A DNA stretch of 64,000 nt. It comes from an uncultured Pirellulaceae bacterium (lineage in GTDB: Bacteria; Planctomycetota; Planctomycetia; Pirellulales; Pirellulaceae). Shown one piece after another: positions 21,701 through 30,655 of this stretch (the stretch's first letter is position 1; the number at the start of each line of letters is the position of its first letter). The DNA is taken from positions 2,050 through 66,049 of the forward strand of contig CAKZVF010000008.1 in the NCBI GenBank assembly GCA_937921995.1. The letters run 5' to 3'. The notes beneath the pieces were generated by a model. The model made no database searches. It was not told the DNA's origin and saw only the letters and a program-made list of their open reading frames with translations. The position numbers and the translations under genes were made by a program.

Positions 21701-23291
21701 TGACTCACCTCGTGCGCCAATTTACCCGTTCGGATATGGCCTGAGCTACACGACATTTAAGTACAGTATTCCAAGACTCTCGGCTCTTTCGATTCAGGCC
21801 GGCCAATCAGTCGACGTGACTTTCGACGTGACGAACGCGGGCCAAGTTGCCGGTACGGAGATTGCCCAGTTGTACGTGTCGGGGGAGTCTTTCGCGATCG
21901 CGCGGCCCCAGTTGGAATTAAAGGGCTTCGCTCGTGTGACACTCGAATCCGGCGAGACCCAACAAGTCACTATCAAACTGGACGCTGACGATTTGCATTT
22001 CCACAATATGGCTCTGCAACGCGTGCTGCCCAACGGTTTGTATCAAGTCCGCGTCGGTGGCTCGTCCAACGACCTAGGTGACCCCAGCAATCTACGCACC
22101 GTTGCGAGCGCAAGTAACGATGCGTCTGGTCCCTCTGGCCCAGCGGTGACAAGCCAGGCAGTGAACGACGCGGCTCTCAAGGAGGCCAGCGGTGCAAGCG
22201 CCGGAGCAACACCTGCTTGCGCCGGCCCGACGCTTAAGCAAGCCGCCAAGGGCCTTTTTGAGATCGGTGTCGGCGTCAGCCTTCAGTCTATCAACGAAGC
22301 CCCCGAACTGGTTGCGAGCGAGTTTGACTATCTGACTCCTGAGAACTGCATGAAACCACAAGCCGTGCAACCAACTCAAGACGCCGTAGCGCTCGACGCA
22401 GTAGATGACTACTTCGACTTCGCCAAGCAGAATGGTCTCAAAGTCGTTGGCCACGCTCTGGTCTGGGCCAAGGACGATCGCACACCACCATGGTTCTATC
22501 ACGAAGCCGACGGTACGACACCTGTCTCCAAAGACGAACTCGCGCGGCGAATGCAGACGTACATTCAAGGGCTGGTCAATCGTTACGGCGACGCCGTCGA
22601 CCACTGGGACGTCATCAACGAAGCACTCGACGATGGGGAAAACACATGGCGAGATTCGGGTTGGCGGAGAATTTTTGGCGGCTCAGACTTTATCGTTGAA
22701 GCGTTCAAAGCGGCTCGTGCCGCCGACCCCACTGCATTATTGATCTACAATGACTATCGGTGCGAGTTACCCGAGAAACGGGATAAGCTTTTCGAGCTTA
22801 TTGACTATTTGAAAGAAAACGACACTCCCGTCGATGCCATTGGTTTGCAGGGGCACTACGAACTGGGCAGCGTTCCATATGAGGACTTACAACTGACACT
22901 GGACGAGATCCGCAAACGTGGCTTGAAAGTTGTAATCTCCGAAGTCGACATCGACGTCGTGACGCGCAGCAAGTGGTGGGATGACGGCGGCAAGCATCGC
23001 GCAGAGTTGGCGACTTACAACCCGTATCCGACTTGTCCTCCCGAGATCGAACAGCAACTCGCCGAAGAATACGGAAAGCTTTTCGATGTCTATGCCAGAA
23101 ACGCGGACGTGATCGAGCGAGTCACTTTATGGTGCCTCCATGACGGTACAAGTTGGCTGAACAACTTCCCGTGGCAGCGCGACAACCACCCGTTACTTTT
23201 CGACCGAAACCTGGTTCGCAAACCTGCTTACCATGCCGTTATCAAATCACTCAAAAAGCACTCCAAAGCCGAAGCAGATTCAGGTCATTGA
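18702..23291 (+). CDS. Secreted multimodular glycosidase: GH26 (beta-1,3-xylanase-like) + GH3/Fn3 + GH10 xylanase
   Basis: Signal peptide; GH26 RIGYEFDG and IAEST; GH3 RWGRVDETMGED, KHFAG, VGDY; GH10 TPENCMKP, GHALVW, WDVINE, GLQGH, ISEVDI. Confidence 0.9.
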   Translation: MTQTKKVKLAFLMLAFATAQVFTTCRTFAQQQTSNKPADATAKQYTAKFAPPAGNILVFAGQDNASVGGTEKYKNGYVDNIGVPAGITHYIYFSEGWTNNFKRTFAKGSVAGLNTETEWAAGPMCQKLYTDSRTLDPCVMHVSIAMEGNCEDKVADGSFDHLIAEFVDFIADHPDHPFMIRIGYEFDGSWNKYDSENFKKAFVRIVDALRARKLTNYVTILGSSSIVKPGQFEEYDPGGDYVDWIGYSWWGEGENEAQPALDYARKVGKPVMIAESTARGFFFNKQDHKEVWDQWFEKYFNHIENNKDVIRAISYINADWDSQEMWDDWGMTRIETAPLIKERWLQKMAEPQFINAADNPFGLIEFEPGKPVEESQKENKLYKNSGAPVEIRVKDLMPRMTLEEKVAQITGWWDYREQEMLATGDIFKPEFWAEKCPQGIGSLGPLHNLTIDDDEKMYAAVQQCFTNQRLGIPAILHDEASHGFMRFEANSFPTPIGLSCSWNPDLMVKLYSQAGREARARGVSHVLSPVVDVARDLRWGRVDETMGEDPFLVGRLGAAMVRGLQGSDDGTIAATHVAATLKHFAGYAGTEGGRNRAPYPYGPRYLLDNEVQPFYHVIRTAKPASVMAAFNEIDGLPCHVNPWMLKNVLRDYIGFEGLVVGDYQGVDLVRQYQKIGTSDADAGRMALQAGLQLELPNNFGFKHLPTLVAQGKVDVATIDEAVREVLELKFKLGLFEAPARIDAANAKAITHSPEAKELAVEAARQSIVLLRNEGNLLPLTVGDHKKIAVIGPNANVCRLGNYSGKPNQTVSLLEGITTYVGDAANVVHAEGCKIANNDAGHSYDNWRYVNDIEFTTVAENQPLIDEAVEMAKSSDLVVLALGENVLLGREAWGGNHIGDRTTFDLTESQQVLAKAILATGKPVVLFLNNSKPVTLNELGNQIPAILTGHYAGQATGTAAAEILFGKTNPSGKLTLSWPRSVGHLPAHYSQHGSAQVFDYVDSPRAPIYPFGYGLSYTTFKYSIPRLSALSIQAGQSVDVTFDVTNAGQVAGTEIAQLYVSGESFAIARPQLELKGFARVTLESGETQQVTIKLDADDLHFHNMALQRVLPNGLYQVRVGGSSNDLGDPSNLRTVASASNDASGPSGPAVTSQAVNDAALKEASGASAGATPACAGPTLKQAAKGLFEIGVGVSLQSINEAPELVASEFDYLTPENCMKPQAVQPTQDAVALDAVDDYFDFAKQNGLKVVGHALVWAKDDRTPPWFYHEADGTTPVSKDELARRMQTYIQGLVNRYGDAVDHWDVINEALDDGENTWRDSGWRRIFGGSDFIVEAFKAARAADPTALLIYNDYRCELPEKRDKLFELIDYLKENDTPVDAIGLQGHYELGSVPYEDLQLTLDEIRKRGLKVVISEVDIDVVTRSKWWDDGGKHRAELATYNPYPTCPPEIEQQLAEEYGKLFDVYARNADVIERVTLWCLHDGTSWLNNFPWQRDNHPLLFDRNLVRKPAYHAVIKSLKKHSKAEADSGH

Positions 23292-23747
23292 TTGCAAACT
23301 GATTCGCAACGAAAGAGGGCCCTTGGAGACCCAAAGCAATTTGGAAATCGCGGCGTCGATTCGAGACGCAATGGGCAAAGTAATCGCTTCGAAAATCTCC
23401 ACTGTATTGGAACGTGTCAATTCACCTTCAATCATTTCGCGCGGGTAAACATCCAATTTCAATGCTTCGACGGAGTCAAACAGCTGAAACATCTTTTCGT
23501 TTTGAACTGCTTGCTTTATTGAGTCAGCGGAGAAAATGAAGTCAGTTCTTCCTAATTCGTCAATTAGCAGATTCAAATTGTCGAAAGTAGCTTTGTTTTC
23601 AAGAACAATGTCAATAGCTTGGGTTAATCGTGGTTCACCGTACGCCACCTCCGTAATTCCACCGGTCAAGTGAAACGGAATTTTTCGTCGTTGAAGAATC
23701 GAGACGAACTTCAATAACGTATTTTGAAACGATTTAATCGGGAACAT
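23280..23747 (-). pseudogene. Minimal nucleotidyltransferase-fold protein, probably C-terminally truncated
   Basis: TGG...YGEPRLTQAID resembles the GEPRxTxDxD motif with the first Asp replaced by Ala; the sequence ends soon after SKLLW and runs into the convergent glycosidase stop. Confidence 0.6.
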
Positions 23748-23973
23748 TGACTAGCAGATCTTCGATCAACTCGCGTGTTTTTTCGTCGGTACCATACATT
23801 CGAAGTGCGACTAGAAGTTTCAATCGCTCATCGCTCGCGTTTGGATGAGATTTCCGAATCTCTCTCCCGATAAACTCTCGGCTCCAATTGAAGAGTTCAA
23901 TGGCCTTTGCGATCTTTTCGCGCGCCGTCATGGCAGAGACAGAACGCTGGTAAAGAAAATCAATGTCAGACAC
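23734..23973 (-). CDS. Small helical protein overlapping the NTase gene (putative antitoxin-like partner)
   Basis: 79 aa, GTG start, MTAREK...IRKSHPNASDERLK..ALRMYG pattern; 14-bp overlap with the NTase gene. Confidence 0.65.
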   Translation of the reverse strand: MSDIDFLYQRSVSAMTAREKIAKAIELFNWSREFIGREIRKSHPNASDERLKLLVALRMYGTDEKTRELIEDLLVNVPD

Positions 23974-24063
23974 TAGGAGCTTTCTGAGTAGGAAACGATA
24001 ACCTTAATTGTATCGTTTTGTCTCGATCATTCGGACTCAAAAGTAGCGTAACATTAGAGAAAG

Positions 24064-24136
24064 CACCCCCTAAAGGATTCGAACCTCTGTTTTTGGACGG
24101 AAAGTCCAACGTCCTAGGCCGCTAGACGAAGGGGGC
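24064..24136 (-). tRNA. tRNA-Glu (TTC), CCA not encoded
   Basis: Cloverleaf: acceptor GCCCCCT/AGGGGGT, D-arm GTC/GAC, anticodon stem TTGGA/TCCAA with loop CTTTCCG, T-arm AGAGG-TTCGAAT-CCTTT. Confidence 0.92.
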
Positions 24137-24636
24137 AATTCGAATGAATATAGCAAACGATGGGAAGGTTTAAAGGTAGAGCGGCAGAAGTGCGATTTTT
24201 AAGTGCGCCTTCATCGTTTCAACGGACAGTAGAATAACGGTAGCTGACCTTCGTTGAATTTCCGCAGTGGCACAGTGACAAAACGCTTATGAAGACAAAA
24301 ATTCTTGCCGAATCCACTACCTGTCTTTGACAACGCGTAACCGTTCACGGTCATTGTCGCTCGATTCTCCGAATCGTAAGCGTGCCGATGTGAAAAGCGT
24401 TCCAATTCTTACCGCATTGCCCGAAATGAAACCAAATGGGCTACCCGCTATCAGCTTGGAACGCTGAGCGACAATGAGTTATTCGAGTCAAAGCTGGGAA
24501 CGGGTACGATGACGTTTCTAAAAGCCCACCCGGTTGATCTCTCTGATGGGCAAGCGGGCAATGGAGCGGCAAGAATCGTGGCGTGGCCCTCGTCCACTAC
24601 CCGGAGATAATGCCCAAACCGCCACACCAGCACCTA

Positions 24637-26157
24637 TTAAATGCCGCTTTGCGTTCGACGCTTAATTTTATTTATTGATGATCGCGTCTGCGCTTTTAAA
24701 ACCATAGTTTGCTCACGTTCGGCCATTTCTTGTAACGCAGGCAGACTTTTTCCGGTGCCGATCTTCCCCAGTAGATTGCATGCTCGCAAACGAATGTCGG
24801 GGTCTTCATGGGACAGATAGGGTAATATTGGCTCTTCACTGGCGGATCCGAAAGACCGCAACAGGCTTGAGATACGATCGACGTCATCGGATGCAAATCG
24901 TTTCGCCAACGGCTCGATCGCGCGGCGGTCGCCGATTTGGCGAAGCATCTGATAAGCCATACTTCGAATCGTAAACGAAGTATCATCCACACGTGCAAAG
25001 ATATACGGGAAGCTCTGGTCGGAATCTCGATTCGATAGAATATCTAAAGCGGATTCGCGATTAAACTTGTGATCAGAACTGGCACAGTTAATCAGCAGCT
25101 TGATCAGCACCGGCTGTCGGTTGGCCGGCCATTTCACCTTTAAATAGTCTAACGCGGGCACCGCTTTGCGTGGATTGTTCGGTTCGTCCAGCAACAGCGC
25201 TGCGGCGTTTTGAAACTCCCTAGGAAGCAGCGCCAATTCACTTTTTGCGACCGGGATGAGATACTTCGGATTGGCGCGCGGACGGCCGTCGTTTCGAGGC
25301 GGTTCGATTTTTCGAATGTCAAGATCACCGATGCGTCGGCTGGTGTGAATGATCGGTTTCGGAGGTTCTAAATCGGCTTCGGTCAGTACATCTTTCTCGG
25401 TAATGAAGGTTTCCGACGGACTGGCTTCGATGGGCGTGGTTGACGTGATTGGCGTGGTGGATGGCGGAGAAGTGAGATCGGTCGAAGGTGGTTTGGGCGC
25501 TGCGGATGTTGCCGGAATTTCTACTGGTGTCTCCTCGGGAGTCATCACCGCGACTTCTGCTGGTTTTTCGGGAGCGTTGAGTTTTCGCACCCGCGCTTTG
25601 TCGGCATCTGACAGCATTGAAAATGGAATTTGTCTGATTTGACCGTCAGTTAGTTTGAGAAAGACGTTTTCATTTTCAAACTTTTGATAAGCCGCCTTGA
25701 TTTTGAACTGACCTGTCGAATCCACCCAAGTTCTAACCTCTTGTGCCGCAGAAGCCGCCGCAGGTATCGCTCCGCCGGCCGTTGTCGTCGTTGAACGAGG
25801 TGTGGCCGTTTCGGTGGCGGAGGCTTGGGGTGTTTCCGAACCGCCAAACGATTCGGTCGGCGAATCCGGAGCGTTCAGTTTTTGAATGCGGGTTTGGTCG
25901 CCGGATGACAACATGTTCAGCGGAATTTGTTTTACGCTTCCATCGGTCATTTTTAGGAAAACGTTATCGCCTTCCAGTTTCTGGTAGGTCGCCTCGATTT
26001 TAAACTGACCAGTAGAATCAACCCAAGTTCTAACTTCTTGGGCGGAGGTGAAGTGGGCGCAAGAGAGTAAAAGAAAGGCCGTTGCCGCAAAGACAATCGT
26101 TTTGAACGTGCAGAAAATTTGTTGGGTCGCTTTCATGGTTCCAATGTTGAGACGCAT
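24637..26157 (-). CDS. Secreted protein with two SHD1 domains, Pro/Thr linker and C-terminal HEAT repeats
   Basis: AQEVRTWVDSTGQFKI.A twice with IP..MLS..D ends; HEAT-like repeats (DPDIRLRACNLLGKIG). Confidence 0.85.
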   Translation of the reverse strand: MRLNIGTMKATQQIFCTFKTIVFAATAFLLLSCAHFTSAQEVRTWVDSTGQFKIEATYQKLEGDNVFLKMTDGSVKQIPLNMLSSGDQTRIQKLNAPDSPTESFGGSETPQASATETATPRSTTTTAGGAIPAAASAAQEVRTWVDSTGQFKIKAAYQKFENENVFLKLTDGQIRQIPFSMLSDADKARVRKLNAPEKPAEVAVMTPEETPVEIPATSAAPKPPSTDLTSPPSTTPITSTTPIEASPSETFITEKDVLTEADLEPPKPIIHTSRRIGDLDIRKIEPPRNDGRPRANPKYLIPVAKSELALLPREFQNAAALLLDEPNNPRKAVPALDYLKVKWPANRQPVLIKLLINCASSDHKFNRESALDILSNRDSDQSFPYIFARVDDTSFTIRSMAYQMLRQIGDRRAIEPLAKRFASDDVDRISSLLRSFGSASEEPILPYLSHEDPDIRLRACNLLGKIGTGKSLPALQEMAEREQTMVLKAQTRSSINKIKRRTQSGI

Positions 26158-26889
26158 GGGTTTAATCGGAGTCGCTCTGAATATCGTCTTTGGGAAATCT
26201 CAAATCGGTCTTTAGCAAAACGTCTTGCAAAAAAAGATCGCCTTCTAATTCCAATGGATCACCAAGTTACGCACGTCGACCAGTCGAGGGTGGACGATTC
26301 GTTTTCTTCGTCAAGCATCGCCAAGATCTTTACTGGCTCGATCCACGATTACATCATAACGTATCGCCACCAACAATTTAAAGAGAGTTCGAAGATTTCG
26401 CCGAGTTCCACCCTGCGTTGTAGACGGGGTTCCGAACTTAGATTTGATGAGTTGCAGTTTTCGGATTGGGCGCAATAAGTGGAGTGGGAATTCTCTGCGG
26501 TCAATGGCTCAGATTTCGGATCATGACGCGTCAGAAATGTCACTGGTTGGTAATCCGCATGGGAATCAGGAAAGCGAAGTCATGCGGATACAGCGTTAGA
26601 GTGTGTTCAGGTCTCACCATCACAGACTCAAACCGCGAGCCCATGAATTTTCTACCGGATTGCCAATTTGTTTCTAGTGCTTTGTCACAGCTAAGAATTA
26701 GGGTTGGCAATTTGAGCCGTTTTGGCGATAGCCACGGTTTTCGCAGCTTCAACCGAGGCTATCGCCTAAACGGCTCATTCTAAGATTAAGCTGTGACAAA
26801 GCACTTGGTTCTTTTTGAGTTGTGCGACTATCGACGCGTTGGAGCTTGTTTTTGACCGCTTCGAGAGTCAGCTGTTCGAAAACCCCAAC

Positions 26890-26930
26890 AAAAAAAGCCA
26901 TGTGCGGTTTGCACATGGCTTTCATTTTTT
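26890..26930 (-). terminator. Rho-independent terminator downstream of the DUF1559 gene
   Basis: AAAGCCATGTGC-ggttt-GCACATGGCTTT flanked by A/T runs. Confidence 0.85.
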
Positions 26931-26951
26931 TAGCTAATCAACTGAACTGGA

Positions 26952-28067
26952 TTAGAGTTCCAAAACGTTGACAACGTTTCCGTCTGCTTTGTCAGCAAGG
27001 TCCCAAAGACCTTCCAGAGAAACGTCGGTGCTGATCGAGTGGGTTGAACCATCGGCAAGAGAGATGTTACAAGAACCAGAGTGAGCTGATCCGATTGAAT
27101 CTTGTGCCAATGGCGTTTGACCGCCACCACTTGAGTTGTTATTTCCAAAATGAGTCGCACGATCATTATCAGCGATAGGTCGTCCTACAGCGCGGAAACT
27201 AACGAAGTTACCGTGCCCCAATGATCCGAACGATTCTCCCCGCATCTGCTCCCAATCTCCGGTGTAGCTCAGCGATGAAGGTGCGGCCTTTTCTGCGAAC
27301 AGAATTGTGTTGGAAGAGCCATCGGCAATGCTACCGTAGTTCACTCTAGAGGATTTGCGGGCAACGCCTGCGCTATTACCAGTAGGAATAGATAGACCTT
27401 TATTGATCACTCCTGTCCAAAATACAGTCCGCTCGTTGGGCGCAATGTCTGTATTCATTGGTGGCTGATTTTGGCCGGGAATCGGAGAAGTAAAACCCTG
27501 ACGAGTAAGGGGAAGAGCTCCACCGCCAAGAGAACGGTTCAGAGAGGCTTGTGTTGGTGCTGTCATCGCTGCGTAGTCACCAGCAAATACAGTTAGAGCG
27601 GGACCAGTACCTGTGAAAGAGCGTTGACCGCGCGAAGGACAGGTCAGCACAGGGAAATCATAGGCCATCAAAGCTGTGTCGGGATTACCGCCTGCGACAA
27701 AACCGAAGTAGCCGTTGCTCTTGAGTTGAGCGTGAGCAGCGTTCTGCTCCATGTTAGGTAAAAGCTGGTAAACCCAAGTACCGACAACACCTGCTTGCTG
27801 CATGCTACCTGTTACTGCCCCAGCATCGGTGGTTTCAAAATTTGACTGGAACATACCACCATTGGAAGGGAATCGCATGCGGCCTGATTCGTAGTTGATC
27901 GCAGCCAAGGCTGTTTGACGCAACTGGTTCAGACACTGTGTACGACGAGCGGCTTCGCGTACCTGCTGAACAGCCGGTAGCAGCATGCCAATAAGAATTC
28001 CGATGATCGCGATAACCACCAACAATTCTACGAGGGTGAATCCTTTACGGACGATTTGTGATCTCAT
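26952..28067 (-). CDS. DUF1559 prepilin-type N-terminal cleavage domain protein
   Basis: [42 protein letters not shown]-x9-DG motif; likely start MRSQ at 28067. Confidence 0.95.
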   Translation of the reverse strand: MRSQIVRKGFTLVELLVVIAIIGILIGMLLPAVQQVREAARRTQCLNQLRQTALAAINYESGRMRFPSNGGMFQSNFETTDAGAVTGSMQQAGVVGTWVYQLLPNMEQNAAHAQLKSNGYFGFVAGGNPDTALMAYDFPVLTCPSRGQRSFTGTGPALTVFAGDYAAMTAPTQASLNRSLGGGALPLTRQGFTSPIPGQNQPPMNTDIAPNERTVFWTGVINKGLSIPTGNSAGVARKSSRVNYGSIADGSSNTILFAEKAAPSSLSYTGDWEQMRGESFGSLGHGNFVSFRAVGRPIADNDRATHFGNNNSSGGGQTPLAQDSIGSAHSGSCNISLADGSTHSISTDVSLEGLWDLADKADGNVVNVLEL

Positions 28068-28953
28068 TTGTTGAACCTTAAAAATAACGGGGAAAAATGA
28101 TAAGTGGCACAGAATATGCCACACAGATTGGAAGCGGATATGCGAGCGTTGAGAGGGAAAATCCTTTCTCGAATTCTTTCAGGGGCTATCGTGAAAATGG
28201 TGATAAAAAATGATTAACAAGCGATGTTGCCTGTAAGCACTAACAAATCCAGTCCAATGGAGTTCGATGAGATTATATCTCAATATGCTCCACTAGTCGA
28301 GTGTTTTATCGGGTACACAGCCCTACTTGAGCCACTAAAGATGCGTAAATGGCCTTTGTAGCGGACTAGCAATCGCTTGTTAATTGTCTGTAACGGGTAT
28401 ATTTGCATGGAATCTACGGAATTGACAGGCCGGGTAGCAGAAAAAGCGAAATTATTGAGCCAATTTCTTCGCTTCTCATAATCACTGCGGGGATTTCGCA
28501 TCCCTTAACATTCGGCTTCGCCGCCCATATTTTGGGTCAGACAGCTTTGAATTTGGTTCAGACAGTTTTGCAGCGTCCGAAAAACTGTCCGATGTGGTCT
28601 TTCTCAAACTTTCTCGGAGCATCTTGCATCTTGTCAGCGGCTGATCGGCCTAAGAGTGAATCCCAAGTGTGTCCGGTGTTTTCATTGCCGCGTTAGGCGC
28701 GGTTAGGGAATGACGCAAAGCTCAAGTTCCAAAGGCAAAAGGTCCACAGGTCCACACCGCTCCAAAAAGAAGTCAGGCCCAAGATAGGTTCTGTCAAGAA
28801 AGCATCGGTGAACCATTGGGTTTTGCGAATGTCCTTACGTCGTCCTAGGTTAGCGTTTAAAAAGGCGCGCCCTTAAGTTAAAATTCGCGCTTCAAAGGTA
28901 AGCACCGTGCTCCTTGCTGGCGTGATCCAAGTATTCTTTGCGGCCCGAATTTA

Positions 28954-30519
28954 ATGAGCTCATCCCGAGAGATTAAAATTTTTGACACAACGCTTCGAGA
29001 CGGCGAACAATCGCCCGGAGCGAGTATGAACCTTCAAGAGAAACTTGAGATTGCTCAGTCTCTGGTCGATCTTGGCGTGGACATTATCGAGGCTGGTTTT
29101 CCGATTGCGTCGCAAGGAGATTTCGAAGCCGTAAGCGCGATTGCCACCAATTTTCGAGGTGCTCAGATTTGTGGCTTGGCGCGATCCAATCCCAAAGACA
29201 TCGATCGGGCTTGGGAAGCGCTGAAACATTCGGCCGATCCACGGATCCATGTTTTCTTGGCGACCAGCGCGATCCATCGAGAGTTCAAACTTAAGATGAC
29301 GTCCGATGAGATCCTCAGTCGCGCGGTCGAAGGCGTTGAACGGGCGAAAAGCTATTGCGACAATATCGAATTCTCCCCTGAAGATGCCGCGCGGACCGAA
29401 GTTGACTTTTTGTGCCGTGTGGTCGAAGCGGTCATCGACGCCGGCGCAACGACCGTCAACATTCCTGACACCGTTGGTTACGCGACGCCTGCTCAGATGC
29501 ATCACGTCATCAGTTCTTTGATGAATCGAGTGCCCAACATTGATCGCGCGATCATCAGCGTGCATTGCCATGATGATTTGGGATTGGCCGTGGCCAATAG
29601 TTTAGCCGCGGTAGAAGCGGGCGCCGGGCAGATCGAATGTACGATCAATGGTATCGGTGAACGGGCCGGCAATTGTTCGTTGGAAGAAGTCGTCATGGCG
29701 ATGCGCACCCGCGGCGACTTTTATAAATTTGATACAAAGATCAATTCCAAGAGACTGGTGCCAACAAGTCGATTGGTATCGGCGGTGACAGGTTTGGAGG
29801 TGCAGCGCAACAAGGCGATCGTTGGACGCAATGCGTTTGCCCACGAAGCCGGCATTCACCAGGACGGTATTCTCAAGGAGCGTACGACCTATGAGATCAT
29901 GCATCCCGAAGATGTAGGGTTCGCTTCGACCGATTTGGTGATGGGCAAACATAGCGGACGGGCGGCATTGGCCGATCGCGCTAAAACGTTAGGTTTCAAC
30001 CTGACAGGCGAACAACTGCAACGTGTCTTCGAAGATTTTAAATCACTGGCCGACCGCAAGAAGGAAATTTTTGACGGCGACATCGTCGCGCTGGTTGAAA
30101 ACGAAATGCTGGGGCAAATCGACCAGGAATGGACGTTAACCGGTTTCAATCTCCGGTTACAGCATCAACAGGCGCCTAAGATCGCTTTAACGCTGTGCCG
30201 CAGCGGCGTCGAAGAGTCGGTCGAAGTTGAAGATGGGATCGGTCCGGTGGACGTTGCGTTTTTAGCCATCAAGAAAATCACCGGCGTCGATTTCACTTGT
30301 AAAAGCTATCGCGTTCAAAGCGCGTCGCTGGGCCATGATGCGAACGGTGAAACGAACATTCGGGTCTTGCACGAAGGCGAAGTGTACCGCGGCCGCGCGG
30401 TTTCGATGGACTGTGTCGAAGGTGCAATCAAGGCGATCCTTGATGCGGTCAATCGTATCATTGCGGCGGAGAAGAATGGGCCGCGTGTTGTTGATGAGGA
30501 AATCGTCAACAAGCCTTAG
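28954..30519 (+). CDS. leuA: 2-isopropylmalate synthase
   Basis: FDTTLRDGEQ, HCHDDLG, GIGERAGN, HEAGIHQDG motifs and C-terminal regulatory domain. Confidence 0.97.
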   Translation: MSSSREIKIFDTTLRDGEQSPGASMNLQEKLEIAQSLVDLGVDIIEAGFPIASQGDFEAVSAIATNFRGAQICGLARSNPKDIDRAWEALKHSADPRIHVFLATSAIHREFKLKMTSDEILSRAVEGVERAKSYCDNIEFSPEDAARTEVDFLCRVVEAVIDAGATTVNIPDTVGYATPAQMHHVISSLMNRVPNIDRAIISVHCHDDLGLAVANSLAAVEAGAGQIECTINGIGERAGNCSLEEVVMAMRTRGDFYKFDTKINSKRLVPTSRLVSAVTGLEVQRNKAIVGRNAFAHEAGIHQDGILKERTTYEIMHPEDVGFASTDLVMGKHSGRAALADRAKTLGFNLTGEQLQRVFEDFKSLADRKKEIFDGDIVALVENEMLGQIDQEWTLTGFNLRLQHQQAPKIALTLCRSGVEESVEVEDGIGPVDVAFLAIKKITGVDFTCKSYRVQSASLGHDANGETNIRVLHEGEVYRGRAVSMDCVEGAIKAILDAVNRIIAAEKNGPRVVDEEIVNKP

Positions 30520-30596
30520 TTGTTACCGGCATGCGGCGACCGCTGGTCAGGCAATGGGTATGGCAACCGATTAAATGGGGCAATCTGGTTGCAAAC

Positions 30597-30633
30597 AAAA
30601 AAAGAGGTCGAAGGAAGCTTCGACCTCTTTTTT
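30597..30633. terminator. Bidirectional rho-independent terminator
   Basis: AAAAAAGAGGTCGAAG-gaag-CTTCGACCTCTTTTTT between convergent genes. Confidence 0.9.
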
Positions 30634-30655
30634 AAATTCTATGTCTGTTCGACTA

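Noticed and set aside
12200-24064. Intact integrative island at tRNA-Glu
   Set aside because: No integrase and no duplicated tRNA 3' end could be found by eye; support is only circumstantial.
24095-24110. Reading the tRNA anticodon as TCC (Gly)
   Set aside because: Shifting the loop by one base destroys the TTGGA/TCCAA stem, and the tRNA body is Glu-like.
24211-24633. Small ORFs of 60-64 aa upstream of the tRNA
   Set aside because: No RBS or motifs; the region contains degenerate GTAG-REP fragments and looks non-coding.
28685-28760. GACGCAAAGC motif suggesting a c-di-GMP-I riboswitch
   Set aside because: The upstream GGCAAA and GNRA-capped P2 stem and a proper P3 are missing.
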